From NCBI RefSeq assembly GCF_006345805.1, contig NC_042998.1, forward strand, positions 181,040,001 to 181,104,000: DNA of 64,000 nucleotides, written 5' to 3'. The notes under the pieces are model-generated. The model was not told the DNA's origin, did no database searches, and saw only the letters and a list, made by a program, of their open reading frames with translations. This document shows positions 41,094 to 54,157 of this stretch, in pieces (position 1 is the first letter of the stretch; each line of letters starts with the position of its first letter). The DNA comes from Octopus sinensis. Its lineage: Eukaryota. A program made the position numbers and the translations under genes.

Positions 41094-42469
41094 ACATATA
41101 TTTTCCTGTCGCTCTCTCTTTCATCTTCGCCATAAGGTATGTATGGTATTGTTAATAATCATCAACATGTGTGTGTGTGTGTGTGTGTGTGTGTCTGTCT
41201 GTGCGTGTGTATCTGTAAATTACGCTATTTCATTTTCGAGGTCTTCTGAAGGTCAAGGGCCCAAACCCATCTACCAGACAAAAGAATTTAATAAGAATCT
41301 GAAAGCATAACCTAGAGAGACACATCTACATTCGAATTACTACTCTCTACCTGCTCCTTATCTACAAACCCAGCAGTCACTGTTTCTGTCCGTATAACAT
41401 CGTCAGACCAGGAAACAGTTTACATCAGCAGCTTTCACATTTACCTAGCAGCCCCCTACATCTTCTCCTGCTTAAGGTTTTATATTGAAAACTCGAGACT
41501 ATGGTAAAAATCATTTAAGAAAAACACTGCACAGTGGGATCGAAAGCAGAACCACATGACTGAGAACTAAACATGATAACCACACAGCTAGTTATACACC
41601 GGTGTGAAATCAGCTGTTTCATTGACTGATTTATCAGGTCTTCGTAACCAACCGGAAGTGAAGCTGAGGAGGGTTTCTTCAGGTAGCCATTTGACCTGCT
41701 AAAAATAGCAGCTACATCTGCCTTAAATTACACCATGGCAATTAAATACACTAAATAATGTGTCATTTGCTATACCATGGTGGAAATATGATGGCTGGTC
41801 ATGGAGGAAAGACTTTGCTAGGAATGACTAGGGCTAAGCAGTAACTATTCAGAGAATAACAAATATCCGAGTTAAAATAGTAATATTGGTTGCATTGCTT
41901 AAGGCATATGATGTTATAAAGAGAATTAAATTAAGTTAATATACGAGCTTGAAACAACTGCAGATTAAAATACCATGGACGCATTTATGTGTACACAGAC
42001 GTGGAATGGCACCAACTATAACGTTTTGTCACGGAGATAATTCCTCATAGACTTGCACGAAACTTCTTTGTGAACGTCGGTGTTTTATCAGACACGGCGT
42101 TTTGACATGATTTGGTCTCCTCAGTCACGAGTAGTCGGGACATTCTAAGCCACGACAAACATGTTTGTTCCGATAGAGAAAACGGTAAACAAAGTATCTA
42201 TTGATTTGCGCGAAATGTAATCACGCTACAACTAAATTGATTTATGCACTGAGAACAATCTTAGATTAAAATACTAGTGACGAAAATATGAAATTCTGTC
42301 CAGAAATGGAAATCAGGCTTATGATTTTCCGAAAAACTTCAAACGCTGGAGTACTCGGTACTCTATCAATTTTAAGTGCCAGTTTCTATTCGCTAGACAC
42401 ACGCACACTTAAATGTCTACATCGAAAAAATAAAGTATGTTGTGATACCTAAGTTTTCTCAAAAAAGAG

Positions 42470-43050
42470 AAATGGGGCCGCTGGGGTACAGCCTTGAAGG
42501 GATTTAGTCGAACAAATTGACCCCAGTATTATTCGTTAAGTGATGCACTTATCCTATTGGTCACTTTTACGAACTTTTAAATTAAGGGGATGTAAGCTAA
42601 TCAACATCTATTGTCCAAACACTGGCCAAACACTGACACAAAGACACACATACACACATATATACATACATACATACATACATACATACATACATACATA
42701 CATACATACATTCGTTGCTATTACGCAAAAGTGTCGTAAGTCCAAAACGTTGGTGTTTTTTTTTTTCAGAAAACGAAAAAGTTGTACTATACTTTGACAA
42801 TTGTTGATATCTTGGCATCTGAAGCAGCTGGAGATACGATTGTTTGACGAAAAGAACCAGATAGTTTAACATAATAGTAAAGATATAGATGTATATGACG
42901 GGCTTCCGCCCAATTTCCAAATTGACTAACATAGGTTTGGTTGACTTGCAGCTATAGTAAAATATACTTGTCCAAGGTGATACTCTATGGGACTGAACCT
43001 GAAACCACACGGTTGCAAAGAGAGCTTTTTAACCACAGAGCCACGCTATA
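42470..43050 (-). mobile_element. SINE family B split by an approximately 180-bp insert in its spacer
   Basis: 3' half at 42470-42650, (CATA)n, unrelated sequence at 42711-42885, 5' half at 42896-43050. Confidence 0.75.
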
Positions 43051-44019
43051 CATAGTTAACAGCATTCATTTCTTCATTTACCACCAATGAGGATTATGTC
43101 TTACTTCTGAAGAGACAATAATCAACAGAACATTTTACAACATCACCAATAAGAGCTTCATTTCGCCTTGAAAAAATGAACATTTCTGTGCGACCAAAAG
43201 AGGATTCAGCTGTTAGAACTCGAACCCAAAGCAAATAAGTATTGATAAAACACTTTTTGAGAAGTTAAAGCAGGTCGGCTTTCATTTTAAGTGTATTTGT
43301 TTCTGTTTCAAACGTCCAAACGAATATATATATATATATACCATTAAGAAAATCATAGAGATAAAAGATTTCTAAGTTAAAAATATTCGCCGGGCCAGCA
43401 ATGTAGTAACTATTTCAAAGTGAATTTTGTTACAAGATATTTATTTCACGCATCCTACCAGTATATTTTCGTTGAGTACTGATCATAATTATTTTCAATC
43501 ACAATTTTGGTAACAGCATCGCGTTGGTGAATTGCCATCATTATGATGGTGTTGCTTAAATTGAAAAGAGAAAACAATGGTCTGAAGATATTATCTTGGT
43601 TTACTGCCAGATAATTTTTTTTTTATATATATTTATATATTTATTTATCTGCTTGTTGATTTCTTATTTGATTCTTTCCTCACAGATGATCACTGCGTGT
43701 GTGTGTGCATGTGTGTGTCTGTATGTATGTGTGCGTTGATAAATACACAAAGACATGTAGACGTACTCACGCAGACACATAAATATACGTACATACATAC
43801 ATACATTTATACACACGCGTTATATGTGTATATATGTGTGCACATATAAATGCAAATATACACATATATATCTGCACACATATATTCATATGAATATATG
43901 CATATATATATACGTGTGTATGTGTGTGCTTATATATGTATGTATATATATATATATATAAATACATACATACATGCATACATACCTATATACATATATA
44001 CATATAGTCATGTATATAA

Positions 44020-44065
<46 letters not shown>

Positions 44066-44243
44066 TATGTATGTGATGTATGTATGTATGTATATATGTA
44101 TATGCGTGTGTCTGTACGTTTTCTTCAGCTACTTGGACGTTCTAATTTGTCTCTAAAAGCAGTCCTCCCATATCAGCACAATACACAATCTTAATACATA
44201 CATACATACATACATGTGTGTGTACTTATGTATTTATGTGCAT

Positions 44244-44285
<42 letters not shown>

Positions 44286-44825
44286 ACGTACACACACATA
44301 CACACACACATGTATGTATATATGTTGTTATATTTATACTTACGCACAGTCATGGTTACATATGCAGACAATTCTGAAAATACTGACAACGAATTTAATA
44401 CCAGAATTTTATCGAAAGATCTTAAACGAAATTTTACCGTTTGTTCTTTCGTTTGATTGCACTAACAATATGTTACTTGGTATATTTTAAGTCATTTAAG
44501 ATACGTTATGCTGATTGCCAGAAAAAGGTAATTGATCAGAGTAAGAGGCTATCACAGTCTATGTTCAAATCCTTAATGCACAACGATAGATTTCTTCACC
44601 CAAGTGTCTGCTAAGTATACATCATGTAATTACAGTAATCGGTACATTGTTGTCTGGTAAGGAAACTTCGAAGTATGACATCTTCGTATCTTATACTTGT
44701 TTCAGTCATAGATCTTCGGCCATACTGGGCACTATCTTGTAGGGTTTAGTCGATACATATGCTATCGGTCTTTTATCTAACTGTACGCCGTTGTCATACA
44801 GAGGTGGAAGACAAACAACAGACAC

Positions 44826-44956
44826 ATTTGCTTACAAACCACATGGTCCCGGGTTCATTCCCACTGCGCCTTAGGCAAGTGTCTCCTACTATAGCCTCGG
44901 GCCGACCAAAGCCTTGTGAGTGAATTTGGTAGACGGAAACTTAAAGAAGCCCGTTG

Positions 44957-44991
<35 letters not shown>

Positions 44992-45007
44992 GTATGTATA
45001 TATATAC

Positions 45008-45057
<50 letters not shown>

Positions 45058-45280
45058 GGGTGTGTGTATATGTTTGTGTGTCTGTGTTTGTCCCCCTAGC
45101 ATTGCTTGACAACCGATGATGGTGTGTTTACATCTCCGTAAATTAGCAGTTCGGCAAAGAAGACCGATAGAATAAGTACTAGGCTTACAAAGAGTAAGTC
45201 CTGGGGTCGATTTGTTCGACTAAAGGCGGTGCTCCAGCATGGCCGCAGTCAAATGACTGAAACAAGTAAAAGAGTAAAAG
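44826..45280 (+). mobile_element. SINE family B
   Basis: accacatggtcccgggttca...gcctcgggccgaccaaagccttgtgagtg...(TA)n...gctccagcatggccgcagtcaaatgactgaaacaagtaaaag. Confidence 0.92.
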
Positions 45281-45293
45281 AGAAAGAGAGAGA

Positions 45294-45334
<41 letters not shown>

Positions 45335-45725
45335 CACGATGGATTCTCTCGTCGTGAACGACAAATGAGGGTTCAGTAAAATAAGGCTGTAATCATGTTT
45401 TATGAATATGAATGTGTCACTTGAAGCCTGATAGTGCCTTACAAACATTTTGGTAAATGGAACAAGTTGAGCACACAGTTTGTTTGAGTGCTTCTGGATC
45501 ATTTACTTGCTGTTTTCTTGAGTGGACAGCAAGGCTCCATACCACAAAGCCACAACGACACGTAAGGTTTTCTTTTAGAGAAGCGGTATTTTGGCAGTTT
45601 GCCTGAAGTTGGTCCCCATGCTGGTCGACTTTGTTCAAATCTTCGAACTGAGGAGAAGCAGGACTGGCGCCAGGTTCTGCATTCTGATGCTTTGTCTTCC
45701 CAGGAAGAAAAGGGAATTTTGCATA
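45335..45725 (-). mobile_element. RTE-clade LINE 3' fragment with C-terminal zinc-finger remnant
   Basis: SWEDKASECRTWRQSCFSSVRRFEQSR followed in another frame by LTCRCGFVVWSLAVHSRK, fitting the WE..A..R..WR......FE..R / C..C...L..H tail. Confidence 0.65.
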
Positions 45726-45890
45726 TATACAAATATACGATGAGCAAATAGATAAATCATTCAAGAATAAAATAAATGAATAAATAAAAGCTTATCTGGC
45801 AGCAAACCAAGATAATATCTTCTGACCATTGTTTTTCCTTTTCAATTTAAGCAACACGATCATAATGATGGCAATTCACCAGGACGATAC

Positions 45891-46020
45891 TGTTTCCGCC
45901 TACCAAATCGCTCATAAACCGCTGGTGAGCCTGGGGATCAAGATACCGTGTAGTGGGATTGATCCCGAAACCACGTGTTAGCAACGCGAGCTTCTTAACC
46001 ACACAGTCATGCTTGCGCCT
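45891..46020 (-). mobile_element. SINE family B, 5' half, degenerate
   Basis: tttccgcctaccaaatcgctca...gtagtgggattga...cttaaccacacagtcatgcttgcgcct. Confidence 0.75.
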
Positions 46021-46130
46021 ATTTTTGCAATGAGAGATACAGCGTGAGGCACCCTGCAAAAGAAACTAGAGTCATATTCAACCGAGTGTGAAAGTTATCA
46101 AGACGTTTGTAGGAAGGTACATCAGCTTAT

Positions 46131-46745
46131 GTTAGTTAGTTAGTTAGCTAGCTACTTAATGCTTTGGCTCAAAAAGCAAAAAGCGAAGCCTTGTAGGGGG
46201 ACATGGAGTTAAGTACAGGGTGGTGTTCATGTAAAGAGTTCAGGCCATTTGTGGTCAAGGGAGACTTTGAACCGAGCGGTCGTCGGCATCTTCACTATCT
46301 CGTCCGGCAGCTTACTCCACGGATCCGCAACCCGGACGGAGAAAGCCCTTCTCCTTCGATTGAGATGAAATCGTCGCAGATAGAGCTTTTCGGAGTGACC
46401 TCGCAGCCGACACTCTGGAGCAGGAGTGAAGAACAGCTCTTTCGAGAGGTTACACTTTTCGCTTATGATGTTGTGAGCAAGAATGAGATCACCACGGCGG
46501 CGTCGTTTTTCTAGAGAATAAAGGTCGAGCGTCTTCAGCCTTTCTTCATAAGACAAATGCTTGAGACCAAGAACCATGTGGGTAGCCAGCTTCTGGACTC
46601 TTTCGAGATGTTGTATGTCTTTGAAGAGATAAGGAGAAGAGGCTTTAATCCCGTACTCCAATATAGGTCTCACCAGCGTGACATAGAGCGGTAGGAATAT
46701 GGCTGCTGTGAGCATTCCGAAAAACACCCAGGTTCGAAATTGACA
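46131..46745 (-). mobile_element. CR1-like LINE 3' fragment
   Basis: LY.TLVRPILEY....SPY..KDI..LERVQK.AT.MV.GL..LSYEERL..L.LYSLE.RR.RGDLI...RGHS.KL...FS.RV...W..LP. The short 3' UTR ends in (TAAC)n. Confidence 0.94.
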
Positions 46746-48903
46746 AATATCCGTCAAATGTAAATAATGCAAATGTAAATAATGAACCCCTCTTTGTTCA
46801 AGTGTCTCGGTGAATAACGTGCCGCATTTAATGACACATTAAGATGCGCTATTTTTATTTTAAAAAAAACTGCCTTAAAAAATTAACGCGCGTTCCATGT
46901 GCGAAGCTGGTTCTATATTACATGCTAAAAATGTCTTTTCCAAATGTTTTGCTGAAATTGTGGTATATTCAATATACCTGTACGTCATTTACGCGATCAG
47001 ATATTTATCTCTTGGGAAACCGAGTTGTCCACCGAGTGTCGCTACTCATATAGTTGATAAAGGAATGAACATCATATAATGTCCTTGTCTTTCTAAATAT
47101 TTGGTCAAGCACTGAATTATGATCATTTTACATAGAGCAAGCTCCAAGATTCTGTAAATTAGGCTTGCTTTTCGTCTAACGCCTTTTCATATTTGTCTGT
47201 AATACATTCGCATAAAGTAAGATTAACATGCAATCTTTTTTTTTTATCTTATGATTTCGTGGCTTTGCTATAGGAGACCCCACATTGAATAAAGTAGATT
47301 TATATGATAGTGGATCTCCGTCATTCGATAAGGAAGTTTCTATTGCACGATCAACTGAATTACCCGCTCTTGAATTAATAATCGGTTGAGCATTCCACAA
47401 ACACGGGTATCATTAACGTCATTTTCGGACAGAATTGTGCACAATTTGTGACAAAGTTGTAGCATTTTCTGTTGTAGGTAGAATCCATCCGATGAGTTTC
47501 TATACATTTTCCATCTACCCAGTTTCACTCATAAGGCATGGATCTACCCGAGGTCATATAGAAAATGATATTTGCCTCAGATGCCACACTGTAGGACTTC
47601 ATGGTTGCAAAACTAACTTCTAAATTATGCGGTCTTATCACCCCTACACTGTTCTATATGCACTATATAAAGAGCTAAGAGGGCTAGTCATAGCTAAGAT
47701 ACCTTTCATCGTATGTCTAATCTATCAGAGCTAACCTATAGTTAAAAATAACAATAACAAGTGATACCTGCAATTCACAGTGATGAGTGAAAGCTATGAT
47801 ATTAAAGTAAGTCTCGATCTGTAAGTTGTAAAAGTATTAATATAATGCAGCTGCTTGATTTGCGGTGAGAAGTAAAATCTAAATACTAGAAGAGCTAAGA
47901 AGCTTACAACTTTTATTTTTCATCCACTGACATATATGGATTAACTTTTCCCCATACAAGATCACTACTAGTATCTTTGGATTCAGAATTTAACTTGAAA
48001 TTACATATTACTTCTATTTGGTAGCTAACAGCGTTGGGAAAGAAATAAACGTCACATGTACTTTCCCTTCAAATGAAGTTCGCAAATCAATGATAAAACT
48101 AATGATAGAAAAGGGTTAACATCGATGAGTTAACATAGCAAATGTACGGCGAGTCATTGCTCAGTGATCAAATGTTACTAAAAGTCAACTTGCTGAGAGA
48201 GAATGAAATGAAATCGGGAATTTTCATGCTTTATTTCGAGGATGCTAGTGACACTTTTATGGCTTAGTCAGAATAAGACGAGCATGATCATAGCCTTTGC
48301 TGAAACAGGAGAAGCATCTCTCTTAGTTCTGAGTAAGCTTTTCTCCGTCTCCTCCTCTTCTTCTTACTCCTACTCATATTATTTCTGTATTTCTCTAGAT
48401 GTATTATGCAAAATACTGTTAGTTTATATTTTGCATCAATGAGTCATTAGACTCCGGCCATGCTGGGGCACCGCTTTCAAGGTATTTTTTTTTCTTTTGG
48501 TGGAACAAATTGACTCCGGTACTTATTCTATCAATCTCTTATGCTGAATCTCTAAGTTACAGGAGTCTAAAAAACTACACCGGTTGTCAAGCGATGGTCG
48601 GGTGCAAACACAGATGCAAAGCACACACAAATACATACATACATACATATATATATATATAATATATATATATATTATATATATATATATATTATATATA
48701 TATATATATATAATATACGTATAATACTGCATATATAATACTGTGCACTTCGATTAATATATGAATATATATATATATTATATATATATATATATATATA
48801 TTAATAGGAATAGTATGACAACAAAAGAATGAATGAGACCTCGATATTATGTAAATAGAGGAATTTACCTGTCAAAATTATATGTGACAATTATTCGGTT
48901 GCT

Positions 48904-48967
48904 ATAAAAAAACTCCGAGTTTCGGATCTCCGGGCGGAAAACTGCTCCGGCATCTCGTCAGTTATTA
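48904..48967 (-). ncRNA. Type I hammerhead-like motif (imperfect)
   Basis: taataa-CTGACGA-gatgccgg-agcagttttccgc-ccggagatcc-GAAA-ctcggagt-t-ttttta. Core boxes are intact, stem III ACUC/GAGU is near-palindromic, stem I pairs 5/6. Confidence 0.6.
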
Positions 48968-49010
48968 AGACAAAACAAAAATGCTATAAAATAACCGTTA
49001 AACAAATGAA

Positions 49011-49399
49011 AATTACTATGAAGTTGACCGATTAAGACAAACTAAAAAGCTATTAGAATGACCGTTAAGTAAAGGGAAAAACCGGGAAGGAGAGAAAGTA
49101 AAAACTGCTCATAGGATTCGCGTAAGCGCGCATGTACATAATGCACATGCGTGCACGCACACCCATGTACATGTGCAGGTATACATATGCTCACTCACAT
49201 GTATGTGTTTCACGCGAGTGTGAGTGAGCATATGTATATATGCACATGTACATGGGTATGCGTGCACCCATGTGTATGTATGTACATGCGCGCTTACGTG
49301 AACCCTATGACCAGTTTTTACTTTCTCCCCTTTCCGGTTTTTCCCTTTATTCTAATAGCTCACTTGTTTGTCTTAATAACGGTCAACTTCATAGTAATT
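49011..49399. repeat. Long fold-back palindrome (about 185-bp arms)
   Basis: aattactatgaagttgaccg...aaagggaaaaaccgg...gtaagcgcgcatgtacata...catatgctcactcac pairs with gtgagtgagcatatg...cggtcaacttcatagtaatt. Confidence 0.92.
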
Positions 49400-49570
49400 G
49401 CGCCTTCACACACACGCACATATGTGAACGTAGTAGAACGTAGTAGAGTGCAGTATAAAGCTCATCCACCTTCAGATTTCACCCTGCGCAATCCAGAAGT
49501 TGTATTATACGTACTTCCAGCTTTGCCTTTTGGTTTCTGTCGTGTGTGAACAGGTAACTCAAACAATTTA

Positions 49571-49725
49571 GAGTCGGCAAGAAGGAGTGCGTTTGAACAT
49601 TATTTTCAATCACTACAACTGTTTCTACGCTACGTAGTTCTGTAGGTGTGCAGGGGAACTACGTTGCGTAGAAACAACTGTAGTGACTGAAAATAATGTC
49701 CAATCGTACTCCTTCACGCTGTCTC
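49571..49725. mobile_element. Small hairpin MITE-like element (about 70-bp arms)
   Basis: gaaggagtgcgtttgaacattattttcaatcactacaactgtttctacgctacgtagttc / gaactacgttgcgtagaaacaactgtagtgactgaaataatgtccaatcgtactccttc. Confidence 0.8.
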
Positions 49726-50020
49726 ATATATGTTGACTCATATATGCGACGATTTCAACGCGGTTTCCGTCAACCAAATACACACACGAATCATTAATCG
49801 GCCCGATGGTATATCACAGTAGTGATAAAGCGAGCTTGTTAACCACAGAGCCATGCCTACACCATTGTAGAAATATTTTTTGTGTGTGCATTAGTCATAT
49901 GTTTACCGGGAGATCAATTACTCCTCTGCACGTATTCGCTGTGCGAAGAAACCTGCGACCTAGGATCCCGGCTTCAGTTATGCATATATTTTTTTACCTC
50001 GTGTGTATTTATATGTATGA

Positions 50021-50074
<54 letters not shown>

Positions 50075-50346
50075 CATATCTGTGCGTCTACTACTCGTAC
50101 ATATGTTAATATATACATCATGTGTCCAATGTATGAACATTTCCCAGACAGTAATCTGATTACGACGCTTCGTTCATTTACATCCATACATAAATGTAAA
50201 TAATATTATTGACAACCTGTTTTCCGCAGTCACTGACCCCAAAAATCCTGTTCTAATCCCTCACTTCCTTCTCAACTTCAGTCTCTCTCCATCTCCAGCC
50301 TCACATCTACTAGCTATCAAAGTGTCGTTTTTCTTATAATCTAGTC

Positions 50347-50424
<78 letters not shown>

Positions 50425-50709
50425 ACACTTGCGAAACAAGTAATTTTTTGCCATCTTCTGTCATTCTTCACTTTTCTGACCTCTCTTTATGGGAGTTTGG
50501 CTGCTTTTTCTAACAGGTCCAGTTAATGACTAGCGTTTTCCTTGTTAGTTTGAAACCGTTTGATAGAGATATTTGAAATACTGGTATTAAGAAAACGGTT
50601 TTACCTAATTAAAATTTTTAAAAGTATCATTGACATTTCTAACACACTGTGCCCTAAAGTATCATTCGTCAATGACATGCAATACTGCCATTACTATGAC
50701 GAGGATTAA

Positions 50710-51330
50710 GGGTTGTGAGTTGACAAAACCGTTATAGCGTGGGACATAATTCCCGAGGTATTTACTCTGGTTCTTCACCTTTTAAATTCTCTCCGAGATC
50801 AACTTTGCTTTCTCTCTTTCTGGTGTGAATGAAATAAAGTACTAGCACCATCGATTAACTTACTGGCCTTGTACCAACATTTGAGACTGTAAGGGTGTTT
50901 GATTGGAAAACAGTTAGAATTTTGGAAAAATGCCATTTTGTAAGTCTCCCGGCTTTTTACGTTCTGGTTTCAAATCCTGCCGAGGTCAAGTTTCCCTTTT
51001 GTCCTTTCGAGATTGGTACTATGAAATACCAGACACATACTGAGGCTAATGATATCGATTTAACCAACCCGCTCTCAAAATTACTAGCCTTGAGCCTAAA
51101 TTAGTAACGGATAATTTGAGCTTTGTTTGGCAAAGTTACTGAAGTGCTGGAATTAATGATTTAATTACATTATTTTACGTTCGTAGTTCAAATTTCCCAA
51201 AGGTCGGCATTGCCTTTCATCCTTTCGGGAACCATAAAATAAGTTGCAATCAATGACTTGGTCAGTATAATCAGCTATTCCCTCTCGCCAAAATATGTAT
51301 AGCCTTATGCCTACATTAGAAACCATTGTT
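50710..51330 (+). mobile_element. Cluster of three old SINE A (tail 2) copies
   Basis: ccgagatcaactttgcttt (50793), tcaaatcctgccgaggtcaag (50970) and gttcaaattt...gcctttcatcctttcggga (51186), each followed by a gcctt.tg/a tail. Confidence 0.75.
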
Positions 51331-51529
51331 ATTATATTCTTTTCTTTTTCTTTTTTTTTTCGTAATTATATAAATCATACAGTTAACTATAAATATTGAA
51401 AAAGATAATAGATATCGAGTTCACGGTTTGTTAATTACTCGAGTGACTGGAAAAGGAATCGTTTTGTAAAGTGTTAATTAAGTTTGCAAATACGAAAGAA
51501 CTACCACAAAACCCGGCCTTTGAGTGAAG

Positions 51530-52679
51530 TTAGTGATATTTTATCTATGCAATTTTATCTCTAGTTTAAATACTCTCAGCTTGTAAAGTTTGCTGATAAA
51601 ACAAACAATAATCATTGTTACTGTTGTAGAGTGATGATTAATTCTGTTGTTATTCGCCTATATTCTGTTTGTTTGCTTCTGGTGCTTTTGTTATAGATTT
51701 CTCTTTCCTTCCCAAATAAATAAATATCACACACACACACACTTTCGCAATCTATGTAATATTGACTCTGGTTATATTCCATTGTCATATCAAAGTCAAC
51801 ATTTATATTACGCAGAGTTGATTCATGGATATGTTCTGGCGATACAGGCTAAATATTTTATTTCCTTTGTGGTAAATATCATTAAGAGGGTTGATATAAA
51901 GATATCTATCATAAACAGGGACTTTATACTACAAACGAAAAGTAGCATGACAGAATGACAGCTTTGTGTAAAGAAACACGGGCTGTATGAACTTTTGTTG
52001 GTGATCGATGTTTCTTAGTAAGAAAAAAAATATTTGAAGTCGATTGCTTTTACCTCAATATACTGCTGGATAGTAGGAACTGCCAGTGATCCAGAGCAAA
52101 TTAAGAGATTTATTCCAGCACAAGCGCATAAACAACATACTGGGCTCTTAATGTTCTCGCTCGTTTAGATGCAAACTTGTGCTAGTGAAGGGTAGAGTTT
52201 ACAAATATAAGCACTATGTAATAATTGATTGTTTGTAAATTTGTTGTAGTGCTGATTTAAAATGATCAAAAAGACTTATCAACCATCAGCTTCAACCTTT
52301 ATGACTCCTAGCTATCGACTCTACTTATCACACTGTCATGAGATAAATAAAAGATTTTCATGAAAATTATGATGTTATTGATACATAAAATGCATAGTAA
52401 AATATGAACTCGGTTGAAGATAACATTTTTCACATTCCGACAAGTTGTGGATAATGGGATGGCGTACAGAGTGATACAGTGGATATGTTATGCATATTCG
52501 GCAGTTCATTTACTTCTGTACAGTTGTAGAGTTCTAGTACTCCTCTCAGCATTGGGACTGCAATTTGGACTCATTTGGAAAACTGATGTTATTTTAGATC
52601 CATTACAGAGTTTGGCAGCACAAAGGTTATTGATGTTTCTGATATTCCCATGCATGCTTTTCTTTTCCTCTTTGTCTAA

Positions 52680-52714
<35 letters not shown>

Positions 52715-53560
52715 GATTTTAGGGTAGTTTTGCGGTATTATTCTAACAACCTTGTTCTGATATAGTGTAAATAAGTGTGGACACAGAGGTTTGTGGATGC
52801 TATTACAGTAGTGTTCTCTTGCGTTGCAGATGTGTCTAGATATTTCGAGATCGTTTTTGCCTACATTGATGACGATTATGACTTACTGTTGCAACAATTC
52901 GCTTATCCTTAGTATGCCCAGATGAGCTTTCATTTTTAATATTGTTGTTTCTTTGTGTAGGCAGACTGAGCATGTGATCTGTCCGCAACATGTGAGTTAG
53001 TTTTGATGTTTTGTGTTCCCTGTAGAATACTTTGGTTTGTTGTCTTGTTTTCTGACATCCAAGACTCATTTACGACAGTAGACTAAAGTTTGAGCGAGAT
53101 TTGGCTGCTTCTTTAACAAGACTTGTGCCCTCATAATGGTTCAAAATGATTTGGCACGACATGGCTCATATTTTTCTGATGTTTGACCAAGTATATAATA
53201 ACTTGTTATAAACTTGATAATTAAAATATTTTATTAGTGTCTTTTTTAGTTTTTCTTTTCCTTTTTTCCCTTTACGATGGCCAAATTTGCTATCTAATTT
53301 TAGAAAACAAAGTATATGAAAATATCGTTGCAACAATCATCTTTGTAACACATAAGAACAAATGTTTAAATCTGGTTTCTGAAACCTATAAATGAGAGAA
53401 TGTTTTAATAAATACAATAGCATCCTCTTTAATTGTAAAACCTCAAATATGATTGTGTTTGTCTTGGCTTAATTACAAGGGTTTACTAAACTAACTCTGA
53501 TACCTTTCAGTTCTTCAAGGTAATAAAACAACCCCACTCTCTCTCTGTGCGTGTGTATGT

Positions 53561-53602
<42 letters not shown>

Positions 53603-54084
53603 ATGTGCGCATGTGTGAGTCCCACATTTCATGAAACTTTTCAATAGAACATTTTTCGAGGCGTTGACCCGTTGTACTTTGATGGTAAAATACAGTAACA
53701 TACAGTCAAGTGGTTTGTACTAAGATGACAAGGAATGATATGCTGTCGGTGAGATTTTCATGATCCTGTTAGTGCTGATGATGTGCAAACACCACAGAAG
53801 CCCAGATCTACATCCTATTGTGATAACAAACAGAAATGCGATGAGACAGACAAAAAGACACACTGCTATACATGTACAAGTGAGCGTCTTTTGATAGCTC
53901 TCTACACAAAGACAACGTGGACAAGAGCAGAGATAGCAACAAAACAAAAACTTCGTCGAGCGTAGAGTTCTTGGATATCGCTAGTCCTACCGGCGATTTT
54001 GGCCCCGAGGATAGCAAAAATAATAACCTTGCTCTCAGTTACAGAAGCCGAACAGGAAGAATGTCCTCTTTCGTATACCACTAA
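51530..54084 (+). pseudogene. Decayed class A (aminergic-type) GPCR, TM4 to C-terminus
   Basis: Ordered motifs across stops and frameshifts: TM5-like FAIY..SGYIPL...NIY (51741-51810); TM6-like KETRAV*T..VI.CFL followed by a gtaaga donor-like site (51970-52023); TM7-like RVIQWICYAYSAVHLLLYS (52468-52524); helix-8-like LFNRTFFEALTR (53637-53672); Ser-rich tail to a stop at 54084. Confidence 0.6.
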
Positions 54085-54157
54085 TATTACCACCACTCGA
54101 CCTACAACAACAACCAGAAGGAAATTGAGATATTATACAGTGATATTTAGTATACAT

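Larger units (their letters stand above)
43509..45897. mobile_element. Pair of about 105-bp inverted repeats 2.2 kb apart (candidate DNA-transposon TIRs)
   Basis: 43509-43614 ggtaacagcatcgcgttggtgaattgccatcattatgat...ctgccagataa is the reverse complement of 45793-45897. No TSD is recoverable. Confidence 0.6.
48440..49860 (-). mobile_element. SINE family B whose halves are separated by about 1.1 kb of nested inserts
   Basis: 3' half at 48440-48630 (ggccatgctggggcaccgc...cggttgtcaagcgatgg); 5' remnant at 49745-49860 (gtttccgtcaaccaaat...ttaaccacagagccatgcc). Confidence 0.7.

Noticed and set aside
46131-46147. (GTTA)n as a telomeric repeat
   Set aside because: It is the short tandem tail of the adjacent CR1-like LINE, not TTAGGG.
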